NCBI GenBank assembly: GCA_964291215.2
Contig: OZ219790.1
Span: 832,001 to 896,000 of the forward strand
DNA length: 64,000 bases
Direction of reading: 5' to 3'
DNA from: Alphaproteobacteria bacterium
GTDB taxonomy: Bacteria; Pseudomonadota; Alphaproteobacteria; MPNO01; UBA830
This document shows positions 1 through 9,258 of the stretch, piece by piece. A model generated the notes under the pieces. It did no database searches and had not been told where the DNA came from. It was given only the letters and a program-made list of their open reading frames with translations. Within the stretch, counting starts at the first letter, position 1. Each line of letters begins with the position of its first letter. The position numbers and the translations under genes were made by a program.

Positions 1-1
1 G

Positions 2-3000
2 GTTATCCTTGAAGATGTGCGGCCCTTGGGCGCCAACGGTTCTGCCGGCTACGAGTGCCGCGTCCGTCTGCCGGACGGCGAGCTCGAGGAGGCAGTCATC
101 ACGCCTGACGAGGCCGTTGAGCTTCTCGGTACGGAAGCGGCACGAGAGAAGGCGGCTCCTCAACCCGCGGATGCGAACCAACTGCGCCTCCTCGTCGAGT
201 CTGTCCGCATTCGTCTCGCCTACACCTACGACCGGCAGTTCGCGGTGAGCCTTTCCGGCATCAGGACGCTGCCGCACCAGCTTGAAGCGGTCTACATGAA
301 GATGTTGCCGCAGCCACGTCTGCGGTTTCTTCTCGCCGACGATCCCGGCGCCGGGAAGACGATCATGGCCGGCTTGCTTATCAAGGAGCTCAAGCTGCGC
401 GAGGCCATCGAACGTTGCCTCATACTTGTCCCCGCGCCCCTGACCATTCAGTGGCAGGATGAGCTGTTGCGCTTCTTCAACGAGCCGTTTCAGATCATCC
501 ACTCGGCGAACGACCAGCAGCAACTCCTGAATCTCTGGGAGAGGGAGCGCCAGGTCGTCGCATCCATCGATTACGCCAAGCAGGACGATGTCCGCGAGCG
601 CGTATGGCGGCAGCGGTGGGACCTCATCATCATCGACGAAGCCCACAAATGCAGCGCCTACACCAAGCGCGCATCGGGCCGCGAGGACGAAGTCGAACGT
701 ACGAAGCGATATCAACTCGCCGAGCGTCTTTCCGAGCAGTGCGACAGCCTGCTGCTGCTGACGGCCACCCCGCATCACGGCGACGACGACCGGTTCGCCC
801 ACTTCATCCGTCTGCTTGACAGCGACCTGTTCCCCGAACCGCACCGTTTCGGCGAGGCGGCCGGCCGCCTCCGCCGCGAAATCCTCAAGCTCGGCGATGA
901 CTGCCCGTGGTCGCTTCGTCGGCTGAAGGAAGACCTGAAGGACATGCGGGGCCGCCGCCTGTTCCCGGACCGCCACGTACAGACTGTCAGCTTTGCCCTT
1001 GGACCGGAGGAGTACACCATCTACAGGGCGGTGACGGCCTACATCAACGAGTTCCTGCCGCAGGCGACGGGCCGCCGCAAGAACAGCGTTGCGCTGGCGC
1101 GCACTGTCTTCCAGCGCCGCCTTGCGAGCTCGACGCACGCGATTCATGAGTCACTGCGACGCCGCAGGAAGAAGCTGGATGGCCTGCTCCGCGAACTCGA
1201 GGAGCTTCCTCCCGCACAACGCGCACGCCGTCTTGCCCAACTGCAAGGCCGGCTGTCGGATACGGAACAGGACGAGGACGACCTTGATGAGTCCGCCCGT
1301 GACGTGCTCATTGACGAAGCGACCACCGCCGCCGAGCTGGACCAGCTCCGCGCCGAGCTTTCGGAGCTTGACGATCTTGTGGCTCGCGTCGGGCGGGTTC
1401 GGGAGAGCGGACGCGATTCGAAGCTGGTGGCTCTGCGCGAGTGTGTGCAGCGATCGGAATTCGAGGAGCTGAAGGACGGACGCGGCAAGCTCCTTCTATT
1501 CACCGAACACCGGGACACGCTCGATTATCTGCGCGAGCATCTTGAAGCGTGGGGCTACTCGACTTGCCAGATTCACGGCGGCATGAATCCGCGCGAGCGC
1601 AAGCAAGCCCAGGAGGATTTCCGAACGAGCCGTCAAATCTGTGTGGCCACCGAAGCGGCTGGAGAGGGCATCAACCTCCAGTTCTGCCATCTGATGATCA
1701 ACTACGACCTACCCTGGAACCCGACCCGGCTCGAGCAGCGACTGGGCCGCATCCACCGCATAGGACAGACGCGCGACGTGTACGCGTTCAACTTCGTGGC
1801 GACATCCTCCGAAGATGGCCAGCCGGTGATTGAGGGGCGCATCCTGGAACGGCTCCTCGGCAAGCTGGACCGCATGCGCGAAGCGCTTGGAGACCGCGTG
1901 TTCGATGTCGTCGGCGAAGTGCTCTCGCTGAACAAGGTCAATCTTCCGGACATGCTGCGCGAGGTGGCCTACGAACCGAGACGGCTGGATGACTATCTGG
2001 ACGTGATCGATCGCATCGACCCCGATCTCCTCGGTCATTACGAGGAGGCGACCGGCATCGCCCTGGCGCGCGGGCATGTGGATTTCTCGGCCTTCGCCCA
2101 GGCCAATCTGGAGGTCGAGGAACGCCGGCTCATGCCGCGCTACGTGGAGTCCCACTTCCTGAGCGCAGCAAAGGTCGTGGGTCTTCGCACGGAAGCGAGG
2201 GCGGATGGACTATGGCGGATCGAGCACGTGCGCGCCGATCTCCGCTCTGAACGGCTTGCCGCCGTACGGCGCCTGGGTGCCCCGGATGCGAGTTATCGCA
2301 AGCTGACCTTCTACAAGGAGCATCTCGAACAGGATCAACACCTTGATGCCGTACTGCTCGGCCCCGGCCATGCCGTATACGCTGCGGTCGATGAGAAGCT
2401 CAATGAATTGCTTCACGATGTCGTGGGCCGCATCGCTGTCTATGTCGACCCGATGACTGCGGTGCCGTATCGGCTGCACTTCTACGAAATCACGATCCGT
2501 GGTCAGACGACCAAGGGGGATGCGACGATCATCCATGCTGAGCTTGCAGCCGTGCGTGAGGAGGCCGCCGAGGGCCTGGCCGGCGCCGGGCGGTTCGAGG
2601 TGGTTCCAGCCGACATCCTGATCGACCTTCCGGAACACCCCCATCCCCCGGAGACGCTGCCCGCAACCGACTACGGGCCCGTCAGCGACTACATCAAGAC
2701 CACGGTCCAGATGGAGCGCCGCAGCGCTGCGTGGGACGAACGGAGCCGCTATGCGGATGTCACGCGCGACTATCTCAAGAGGTCTTTCGACGCGCGAGTG
2801 AGGGCCGCGCAGAATCGCGTGATGCGGTTGAAGAGCCGCGAGCCTACCGAGCCGGAAGTAGCGCTTGCCCGGCAGCAGGCGGAACAGAGCCTGGCCGACC
2901 TCGAACGCACCCGGCAGGAACGCATCACCGGCGTGGACCGCCTCCGCGTAGCCCGTCATGGCCCGGTGCGCCACGTGGCCAGTTGTTTGGTACTTCCTCC

Positions 3001-3487
3001 CAACACGGCAATCGACAGCTTCCCGGAACTGGCGGAAGACCAGGATGCGGGGCTGAAACGCCGAATCGAGCTTGCAGCCGAGAACATCGTCGTCGCGCAT
3101 GAAGAGGCCCGAAACCGCGATTGCGAGCGGGTGGGACACCTCAAGATCGGCTTCGACATCCGCAGCCTCGCGGCTCCTGACCCGCAAACCGGATTCCGCG
3201 ACCCGGTTGACGGCGTCAGGCGCATCGAGGTCAAGGGCCGCAGGGCGGGCCACCCGGTCAGGCTCACCACGAACGAGTGGTACAAGGCCCAGCAACTCGG
3301 CGACACCTACTGGCTATACGTAGTGTGGGACCCGCTCGATAACCCGGACGCCGTCCCGTTGATCGTTCGCAACCCAGCCAAGCATCTGGACTACGCGAAA
3401 AGAGAGGTCGTTGCTGCGCGCTATTACGACATTCCGGCGAATGCCGTCGAACAAGCGGCGCAAGATCTCCGGGAGGGCGCCGCATGA
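2..3487 (+). CDS. SNF2-family helicase with C-terminal DUF3883-like (NOV_C, PD-(D/E)xK) nuclease domain; 5' end lies outside the window
   Basis: Walker A LADDPGAGKT, IIDEAH, LTATP, ATEAAGEGINLQ, YDLPWNPTRLEQRLGRIHR; C-terminal GFDIRS...IEVKGR...LTTNEW. Frame is open back to base 2 (VILEDVRP). Confidence 0.9.
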   Translation, partial: VILEDVRPLGANGSAGYECRVRLPDGELEEAVITPDEAVELLGTEAAREKAAPQPADANQLRLLVESVRIRLAYTYDRQFAVSLSGIRTLPHQLEAVYMKMLPQPRLRFLLADDPGAGKTIMAGLLIKELKLREAIERCLILVPAPLTIQWQDELLRFFNEPFQIIHSANDQQQLLNLWERERQVVASIDYAKQDDVRERVWRQRWDLIIIDEAHKCSAYTKRASGREDEVERTKRYQLAERLSEQCDSLLLLTATPHHGDDDRFAHFIRLLDSDLFPEPHRFGEAAGRLRREILKLGDDCPWSLRRLKEDLKDMRGRRLFPDRHVQTVSFALGPEEYTIYRAVTAYINEFLPQATGRRKNSVALARTVFQRRLASSTHAIHESLRRRRKKLDGLLRELEELPPAQRARRLAQLQGRLSDTEQDEDDLDESARDVLIDEATTAAELDQLRAELSELDDLVARVGRVRESGRDSKLVALRECVQRSEFEELKDGRGKLLLFTEHRDTLDYLREHLEAWGYSTCQIHGGMNPRERKQAQEDFRTSRQICVATEAAGEGINLQFCHLMINYDLPWNPTRLEQRLGRIHRIGQTRDVYAFNFVATSSEDGQPVIEGRILERLLGKLDRMREALGDRVFDVVGEVLSLNKVNLPDMLREVAYEPRRLDDYLDVIDRIDPDLLGHYEEATGIALARGHVDFSAFAQANLEVEERRLMPRYVESHFLSAAKVVGLRTEARADGLWRIEHVRADLRSERLAAVRRLGAPDASYRKLTFYKEHLEQDQHLDAVLLGPGHAVYAAVDEKLNELLHDVVGRIAVYVDPMTAVPYRLHFYEITIRGQTTKGDATIIHAELAAVREEAAEGLAGAGRFEVVPADILIDLPEHPHPPETLPATDYGPVSDYIKTTVQMERRSAAWDERSRYADVTRDYLKRSFDARVRAAQNRVMRLKSREPTEPEVALARQQAEQSLADLERTRQERITGVDRLRVARHGPVRHVASCLVLPPNTAIDSFPELAEDQDAGLKRRIELAAENIVVAHEEARNRDCERVGHLKIGFDIRSLAAPDPQTGFRDPVDGVRRIEVKGRRAGHPVRLTTNEWYKAQQLGDTYWLYVVWDPLDNPDAVPLIVRNPAKHLDYAKREVVAARYYDIPANAVEQAAQDLREGAA

Positions 3488-6306
3488 CGTCCGACGACCT
3501 TCGCCTGATCGAGGATTACCTGCCGCTGGATGTGCTCAATGCCCTCGCGTCGAAGGAGAAGCTGCATCCTCGCCGCTATGTGGAACTGATCCACTACTGG
3601 CCGGCCCGTCGCCCGACCACTGCATGCCGAGCCTCCATCTACGCCGCATTGGCGCCAGCGCCGTGCACCGACGCCGAACGAGACGAAGCCGCATCCTTCG
3701 TGGCGAATCTCGCTGCCTACAATCCCGATTCTGACACGGTTTCCAAGGCGCGCAAGAAGATCAGGGAATTGAACGGCGGACGATCGCCCAAGGTCCTCGA
3801 CATGTTCGCCGGCGGCGGGGCCATTCCACTCGAAGCAGCGCGACTTGGCTGCGAGAGTCATGCCGTGGACTACAACCCGGTCGCCCATTTGATCGAGCTT
3901 TGCACACTCGTTTATCCGCAGTCCTTCGGCGCAAGGCTGGCGGATGAATTCCAGCGTTGGAGCGCCGTGATCCTGGATCGAATGCGCGACGAGGTCGGCG
4001 ATCTCTACCAGCCGATCGAGCTGCCGCAGACCGCAGAGGCCATTCGGCAGCAACCTCAGCAGGACCAACTCTTCGACAACACCGAGTCCGTATCCGGCAC
4101 GCGCGCCGATCCTGTCGCATACATCTGGGCGCGCACCGTGCCCTGCCGCCACCCCGGATGTTCTGCGCCCGTCCCGCTGGTCAGGCAGTCGTGGCTGAGA
4201 AAGAAGGGCGGCGCTATCGCCGCCGTGCCGCGAATCAAAGACGGCAACCGGCTATGTTGGGACATCGTTGCTGGCAACACCGCCCGCGAAGTGTCGCAGC
4301 ACACCGGCCAGACAGGCGCCGGGCAGGCAGCCTGCGTGGCCTGCGGCACCCCGGCGCCCGCCGAGTACGTGAAGGAAATGGCGGTTGCCGGGCGCATGGG
4401 CGAATCGCTCGCTGCCGTCGTGGCCGCACTGCCGCCGAAGAAACCGAAGAGCAAGAAGCGCCACAAGATCTACCTGCCACCGGATGCCGAGTCGGCTCTG
4501 CTACCTGACAACGATGCCTGTCGTCGGCGCCTTGAAGCGCTACTCGTCGAGACGCGCCTTGAGCCTCCGCATGAGCAGATGAACACGACTGACTCAACGA
4601 CTGTGGCGGGGCGTGGATTTGGGATCGAACGATGGCGCGAGTTGTTCACACCGCGGCAACTTCTCGTCCTCTTTACGCTCATCAAGCACATCCGGCGAGC
4701 CCATGCGGAGATGCTCCACCAAGGGTTTTCGGAAGACCGCGCACGCGCATTGACAACCTTCTTCGCTATGGCCTTCGGGCGTTTCGTGATCGCGTTCAAC
4801 AAGTTCTCTCGGTGGCGGTCGGGAACTCAAGCAACGGAGGGGGTTTTTGATCGACAGGCTCTAAAGATGATTTACGATTTTTCGGAACTTAACTGTTTTG
4901 CCGATACGCAAGGATGTTTGCAACTTGCGTTTGAACGCGAGACCTTCTGCATACGGGAACTGGCCAAGATCAAGGAGCCTTGCGTTGTCACTCGGGGAAA
5001 CGCCGAGAAGCTCTTCTACGATGACGAGACATTCGACGCGGTCGTCACCGATCCCCCCTACTACAGCAGCATCTACTACGCCGACCTGTCCGCTTTCTTC
5101 TATGTCTGGTTGAAGCGGATCGTCGGCGACCTCTATCCTGAACACTTCACCCTTTCCTCTCCGCCCAAGCGGCGGGAAGCGGTGGCGCAATCCAGCGAGC
5201 ACGGTGGCGACGCCGAGAAGGCCAAGCAGCATTACGAACGCCTGATGCGCAACGCGCTGGTCGAGGCCCGCCGCGTCCTGAAACCCGGCGCCCCGCTAGT
5301 CTGCGTCTATGCCCACAGGACCACGGAAGGATGGGCGACCCTGATCCGGGCGCTTGTCGGCGCGGGCATGACAGTCACCGAAGCTTGGCCTGTGCAAACC
5401 GAATCACGTGGCCGCGTCAACGCGCTTGGCGCCGCCGCACTCTCCGACAGCATTTTCTTCGTCGCCCGGCGCCGCGAGCAGGCCGCCGTCGGCCGATACG
5501 AAACCGAGGTCGAGCCCGCTCTAGGCGAGATCGCTCGCGAGCGCGTCAAGACCCTGTGGAACGGCGGCAAGGGCATCGGTGGCGCTGACCTCCTGATGGC
5601 AGCCGTCGGTGCCGGTCTGCGCGCCTATACGCGGTTTGCCCGGGTCGACCATGCCAACGGCGAACCGGTTTCTGCCGAGCAGTATCTGCGCGATGTCGAA
5701 GGGGTCGTGCTCGACGTGATGCTCGATGAGGTCTTCGGCCTTCGGGGCGCGGCGGTCACGGCCGTCGATTCCATTACCCGGTTCTACATCTTGTGGCGGT
5801 TCACCTACCGTGAATCGGCCATCGAAGCAGGTGACGCCTACGTCTTCTGCTACCCGCAAGGAATCGAAATCGACGGCCCTGAGGGATTGACAGGCAGCGC
5901 CCCGAAGCTTGTCGAGAAATCCGGTGGCAAGTTCCGCGTGCGAAACTACATCGAGCGCGGGGATGACGAAGCGCTTGGCCTCCCTGCGAATGGCAGGGCC
6001 GCACCGCTGGTCGATGTGCTGCACCGGCTGCTCTACTTGATCGAGAAGCGGCCGGCCGCGGTTCAGGAATACCTTGAAGCATCCCGCCCGAACGGAGAGC
6101 AGCTTCGCCTGGTTGCGCAAGCGTTGTCGGCCCCGATCCTCGGGCGATCGGACGCACTCGATGCGTCGCCAACTGCCGAACTCGGTGCACTCACTCGACT
6201 CAATGCCAACTGGCGAAGCGTCGTCGAGGGAGCCGCGTACGCCCACGAAATGGAGTCGTTGGCAACCGGGCGGCAGGATCTGTTCAGCGGAGACGAATCT
6301 CGATGA
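3484..6306 (+). CDS. DUF1156-family DNA adenine methyltransferase
   Basis: N-terminal LIEDYLPL...HYWPARRP, motif I DMFAGGG, motif IV TDPPYY, Cys pairs (CRHPGC, CVAC); ATGA overlap with the helicase stop. Confidence 0.88.
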   Translation: MTSDDLRLIEDYLPLDVLNALASKEKLHPRRYVELIHYWPARRPTTACRASIYAALAPAPCTDAERDEAASFVANLAAYNPDSDTVSKARKKIRELNGGRSPKVLDMFAGGGAIPLEAARLGCESHAVDYNPVAHLIELCTLVYPQSFGARLADEFQRWSAVILDRMRDEVGDLYQPIELPQTAEAIRQQPQQDQLFDNTESVSGTRADPVAYIWARTVPCRHPGCSAPVPLVRQSWLRKKGGAIAAVPRIKDGNRLCWDIVAGNTAREVSQHTGQTGAGQAACVACGTPAPAEYVKEMAVAGRMGESLAAVVAALPPKKPKSKKRHKIYLPPDAESALLPDNDACRRRLEALLVETRLEPPHEQMNTTDSTTVAGRGFGIERWRELFTPRQLLVLFTLIKHIRRAHAEMLHQGFSEDRARALTTFFAMAFGRFVIAFNKFSRWRSGTQATEGVFDRQALKMIYDFSELNCFADTQGCLQLAFERETFCIRELAKIKEPCVVTRGNAEKLFYDDETFDAVVTDPPYYSSIYYADLSAFFYVWLKRIVGDLYPEHFTLSSPPKRREAVAQSSEHGGDAEKAKQHYERLMRNALVEARRVLKPGAPLVCVYAHRTTEGWATLIRALVGAGMTVTEAWPVQTESRGRVNALGAAALSDSIFFVARRREQAAVGRYETEVEPALGEIARERVKTLWNGGKGIGGADLLMAAVGAGLRAYTRFARVDHANGEPVSAEQYLRDVEGVVLDVMLDEVFGLRGAAVTAVDSITRFYILWRFTYRESAIEAGDAYVFCYPQGIEIDGPEGLTGSAPKLVEKSGGKFRVRNYIERGDDEALGLPANGRAAPLVDVLHRLLYLIEKRPAAVQEYLEASRPNGEQLRLVAQALSAPILGRSDALDASPTAELGALTRLNANWRSVVEGAAYAHEMESLATGRQDLFSGDESR

Positions 6307-9206
6307 GCGCCCATCCCCGCCCCTGGCTGCAGTGCGTTGAGCTCCATCCCGATGTGCTTTCCGACGATTTCTCCGAGGACATCTTTGCGCTCGATCTCGG
6401 CACCCTGGCCGACTACCTGATCGGCAAGGAGCAGGAGCGGCCCGACCCGGAGCTGGGGCGCGTCCCGGCGGTGTATCGCGATGCCCGCAGCTTCTTCGAC
6501 GCGTCGTATCTGACGAGCGGCCTCAAGTCCCTCCTCGAAGATGTGCTCGGACGCCTTTCCGGCGCCGGAGGCAACCGGGTGCTCAGATTGCAAACGCCCT
6601 TCGGTGGCGGCAAGTCTCATACCCTGGCTGCCCTGCTGCACGCAGCCCGAACCCGCGCGGCGCTCGATGCGCTGCCGGAAGCGGCCGAACTTCCGAGACC
6701 GGAGGGTGTGCGCGTCGCGGTCATCGATGGACAGTTCTTCGACCCGACCAACGGGAAACGAGCTTCCGGCTCGGACATCAACGCGAGGACTCTCTGGGGC
6801 TGGGTCGGCTGGGCGCTCGGCGGCCGGCAAGGCTATGACCTGGTGCGCGCACAGGACGAGGCCCGGGTCGCGCCCGGTGCCGATGCGCTGGTCGAACTGC
6901 TCAAGGGCGGGCCGAGCCTGATCCTCCTCGACGAACTGCTGCAGTATCTCATCAGTGCCGGCGGAATACGCGTCGAGCAGACCACACTTCGCGACGAGGC
7001 GTTGTCGTTCCTTCAGCGGTTGACCGTAGCGGTCGGGAGTGTGGACAACGCAGTACTGGTTTACTCGTTGCAGTCGAGCAAGCGCGAGTCCCTCGAATAC
7101 ACCAGCCTGCTCCGGACCGTTGAGCATCTGGCAGACCGCAAGGACCAGCGCCGCGAGCCGGTGGAAGGCAATGAGATCCTCAACGTCATCCAGCGCCGGC
7201 TGCTCGCCGGAGAGCCTGATGCGAGCGTTACGACCACCGTGGCAGATGCCTATGGTGAAGTGTTCACCCAGATGCGGCGAGCCCACGCGCAGGGTGAACC
7301 GGAGCGTCTGCAAGCAGAGGAAGAAGGCGCGGCGCTGCGTGAACGGATCAAGGCGTCGTATCCGTTCCACCCTGCCCTCATCGACCTGATGCGCGAGCGC
7401 TGGGCCGCCATCCCGGACTTCCAGCGCACCCGCGGCTCACTGCGTTTCCTGGCCTCCTGTCTTCGCGCAGCCCACCGCGCGGGCGCCTCCGGCTTTCTAC
7501 TCGGGCCCGGCGACGTTCCCGTTCAGGAGAACGATGTGCGCCTTGCCTTCTTCAAGGAGGTCGGCCAGCGCGAGGACTTCCAGGCGTGTCTGGAGCACGA
7601 CTTCGTCGGCGCCAACGCGCGTGCGCGCCGCATCGACGACCGGCGCGCGCGGGAGGTCACGGTCGAGGCAGGAAAGCAACCCGCCTCCCGTCTTGCCACC
7701 ACCATGCTGCTCCACTCCTTCGGCGGACTACGTCGGGGAGGGGGAGAGCACGGCGACCTGCTGCCCCCCGGCATCGGCGAGCCGGATCTGCTCGGCGCGA
7801 GCATCGGGCCCGACCTCGACACGACCACCATCCAGGCTTGCCTCAAGGAACTCAGGGAGCAATGCCTGTACCTGCATTTCGATGGCGTGCGCTACTGCTT
7901 CAAGAGGGATCCCAACGTCACGTTGCTTGTCGAACAGGAAGCCGATGCCGTCGGCAGGGACGAAAGTCGGGTTCACGCGCGCATCCGCGACATGCTCGAA
8001 GAGCGACTTGCCGGACAGCGCGCCCTCGTTTGGCCGGACAAACCGAGCGACGTGCCGGACCGGGAGCCGAGCTTCCTGATCGCCTACCTGCCGCTCGAGT
8101 TCGCAGCGCGACCGGAGGCGGAACGGCGCCACGAGGCGCTTTTGCTGTACGAGCAGTTCGGCGGCCGGCAACGCGAATTCCGCAACGGCCTCGGGCTTGC
8201 TGTTCCGGCTGCCGATCAGGTTGGGAATTTGCAGCGCAGCGTGCGCTATTTGCTCGCGGTCGAGCGAGTCCAGGGGAAATGGCGCCAACACAACCTCACC
8301 GATGCGCAGCGGAGCCAACTCAAGGAGCGCGGCGCTACGGAGACCGCGGCGACCGAATCCGCGTTGCTTCGGCTCTATGGCGAAGTCTGGTTGCCCGCGG
8401 CCGGCGAAAGAAAGCTGACCATCGACTCGGTCAGCCTGGGGGGGCGCCCCCTACAGATCACGCTCGACGACAAGAAGCGCGCGCTCATTCACCAGCGCCT
8501 GATGGAGCTGCTGACGAATGTTCAGCGGCGGGTGTTCACAACGGTGGCGCCCGGAAAGCTCGTCGAGCTCTTCAAGCTGGGTGAGCCAGGCAACCACGCT
8601 TCTGGCATTGCCACCGACAAGGTGCTGGCCGGCTTTTTCGAATTCCTCGGATTCCCGCGCATACTCTCCGTCGAAGCGGTGCGCAGGGCCGTCGCTCGAG
8701 GGGTGGAGACCGGCCTCTTCGGCTTTGTCACCGGGCGCCCTCCACTTGGCGATGATGGCCGTTATCGGATCGACCGGAGCCGCGTCGCTTTCGAGCGTAG
8801 CGTCGCCGACGACGAAATCGATCTCGATTCAGGCTTCCTCATCGTCCCGGGGGCACTGCCGGAAAAACGCGCCACCTCGGAGACAGCGACTGGTGATGGC
8901 GACCTTCCCGGCGAGGGCGCAGGTGAAGCAGCGGCCGGTGGCGGGACCGAAGAGAGCGGTGATGCGGAAAACGAGACGACTTCCACCGGGGCTTCCGACG
9001 CACGGGAATTCAGCCTGCATTTCGCTGCGCGCCAGAGCGACCTGTATGGCGCATGGAACGCCCTCGCCAATCTCGCCGATGTTGCGGGCGAGGTCTCCAT
9101 CGACGCCGGAGCCAAGCTGCCAGAAGGCTACGACAGGGCCAAGCTGGAAAACGGGGTGATCGAGCCGCTTCGCGAACTCGGTCTGATTGCGGACGAGAAC
9201 GGATGA
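6303..9206 (+). CDS. DUF499-family AAA+ ATPase
   Basis: LQTPFGGGKSH Walker A, LILLDE Walker B, SYPFHP and FQRTRG motifs typical of DUF499; ATGA overlap with the methyltransferase. Confidence 0.88.
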   Translation: MSAHPRPWLQCVELHPDVLSDDFSEDIFALDLGTLADYLIGKEQERPDPELGRVPAVYRDARSFFDASYLTSGLKSLLEDVLGRLSGAGGNRVLRLQTPFGGGKSHTLAALLHAARTRAALDALPEAAELPRPEGVRVAVIDGQFFDPTNGKRASGSDINARTLWGWVGWALGGRQGYDLVRAQDEARVAPGADALVELLKGGPSLILLDELLQYLISAGGIRVEQTTLRDEALSFLQRLTVAVGSVDNAVLVYSLQSSKRESLEYTSLLRTVEHLADRKDQRREPVEGNEILNVIQRRLLAGEPDASVTTTVADAYGEVFTQMRRAHAQGEPERLQAEEEGAALRERIKASYPFHPALIDLMRERWAAIPDFQRTRGSLRFLASCLRAAHRAGASGFLLGPGDVPVQENDVRLAFFKEVGQREDFQACLEHDFVGANARARRIDDRRAREVTVEAGKQPASRLATTMLLHSFGGLRRGGGEHGDLLPPGIGEPDLLGASIGPDLDTTTIQACLKELREQCLYLHFDGVRYCFKRDPNVTLLVEQEADAVGRDESRVHARIRDMLEERLAGQRALVWPDKPSDVPDREPSFLIAYLPLEFAARPEAERRHEALLLYEQFGGRQREFRNGLGLAVPAADQVGNLQRSVRYLLAVERVQGKWRQHNLTDAQRSQLKERGATETAATESALLRLYGEVWLPAAGERKLTIDSVSLGGRPLQITLDDKKRALIHQRLMELLTNVQRRVFTTVAPGKLVELFKLGEPGNHASGIATDKVLAGFFEFLGFPRILSVEAVRRAVARGVETGLFGFVTGRPPLGDDGRYRIDRSRVAFERSVADDEIDLDSGFLIVPGALPEKRATSETATGDGDLPGEGAGEAAAGGGTEESGDAENETTSTGASDAREFSLHFAARQSDLYGAWNALANLADVAGEVSIDAGAKLPEGYDRAKLENGVIEPLRELGLIADENG

Positions 9207-9258
9207 CCTTGCCTGCCAGCCGATACCGCCGATCGAACACTTCTGGATTGACCGCACC

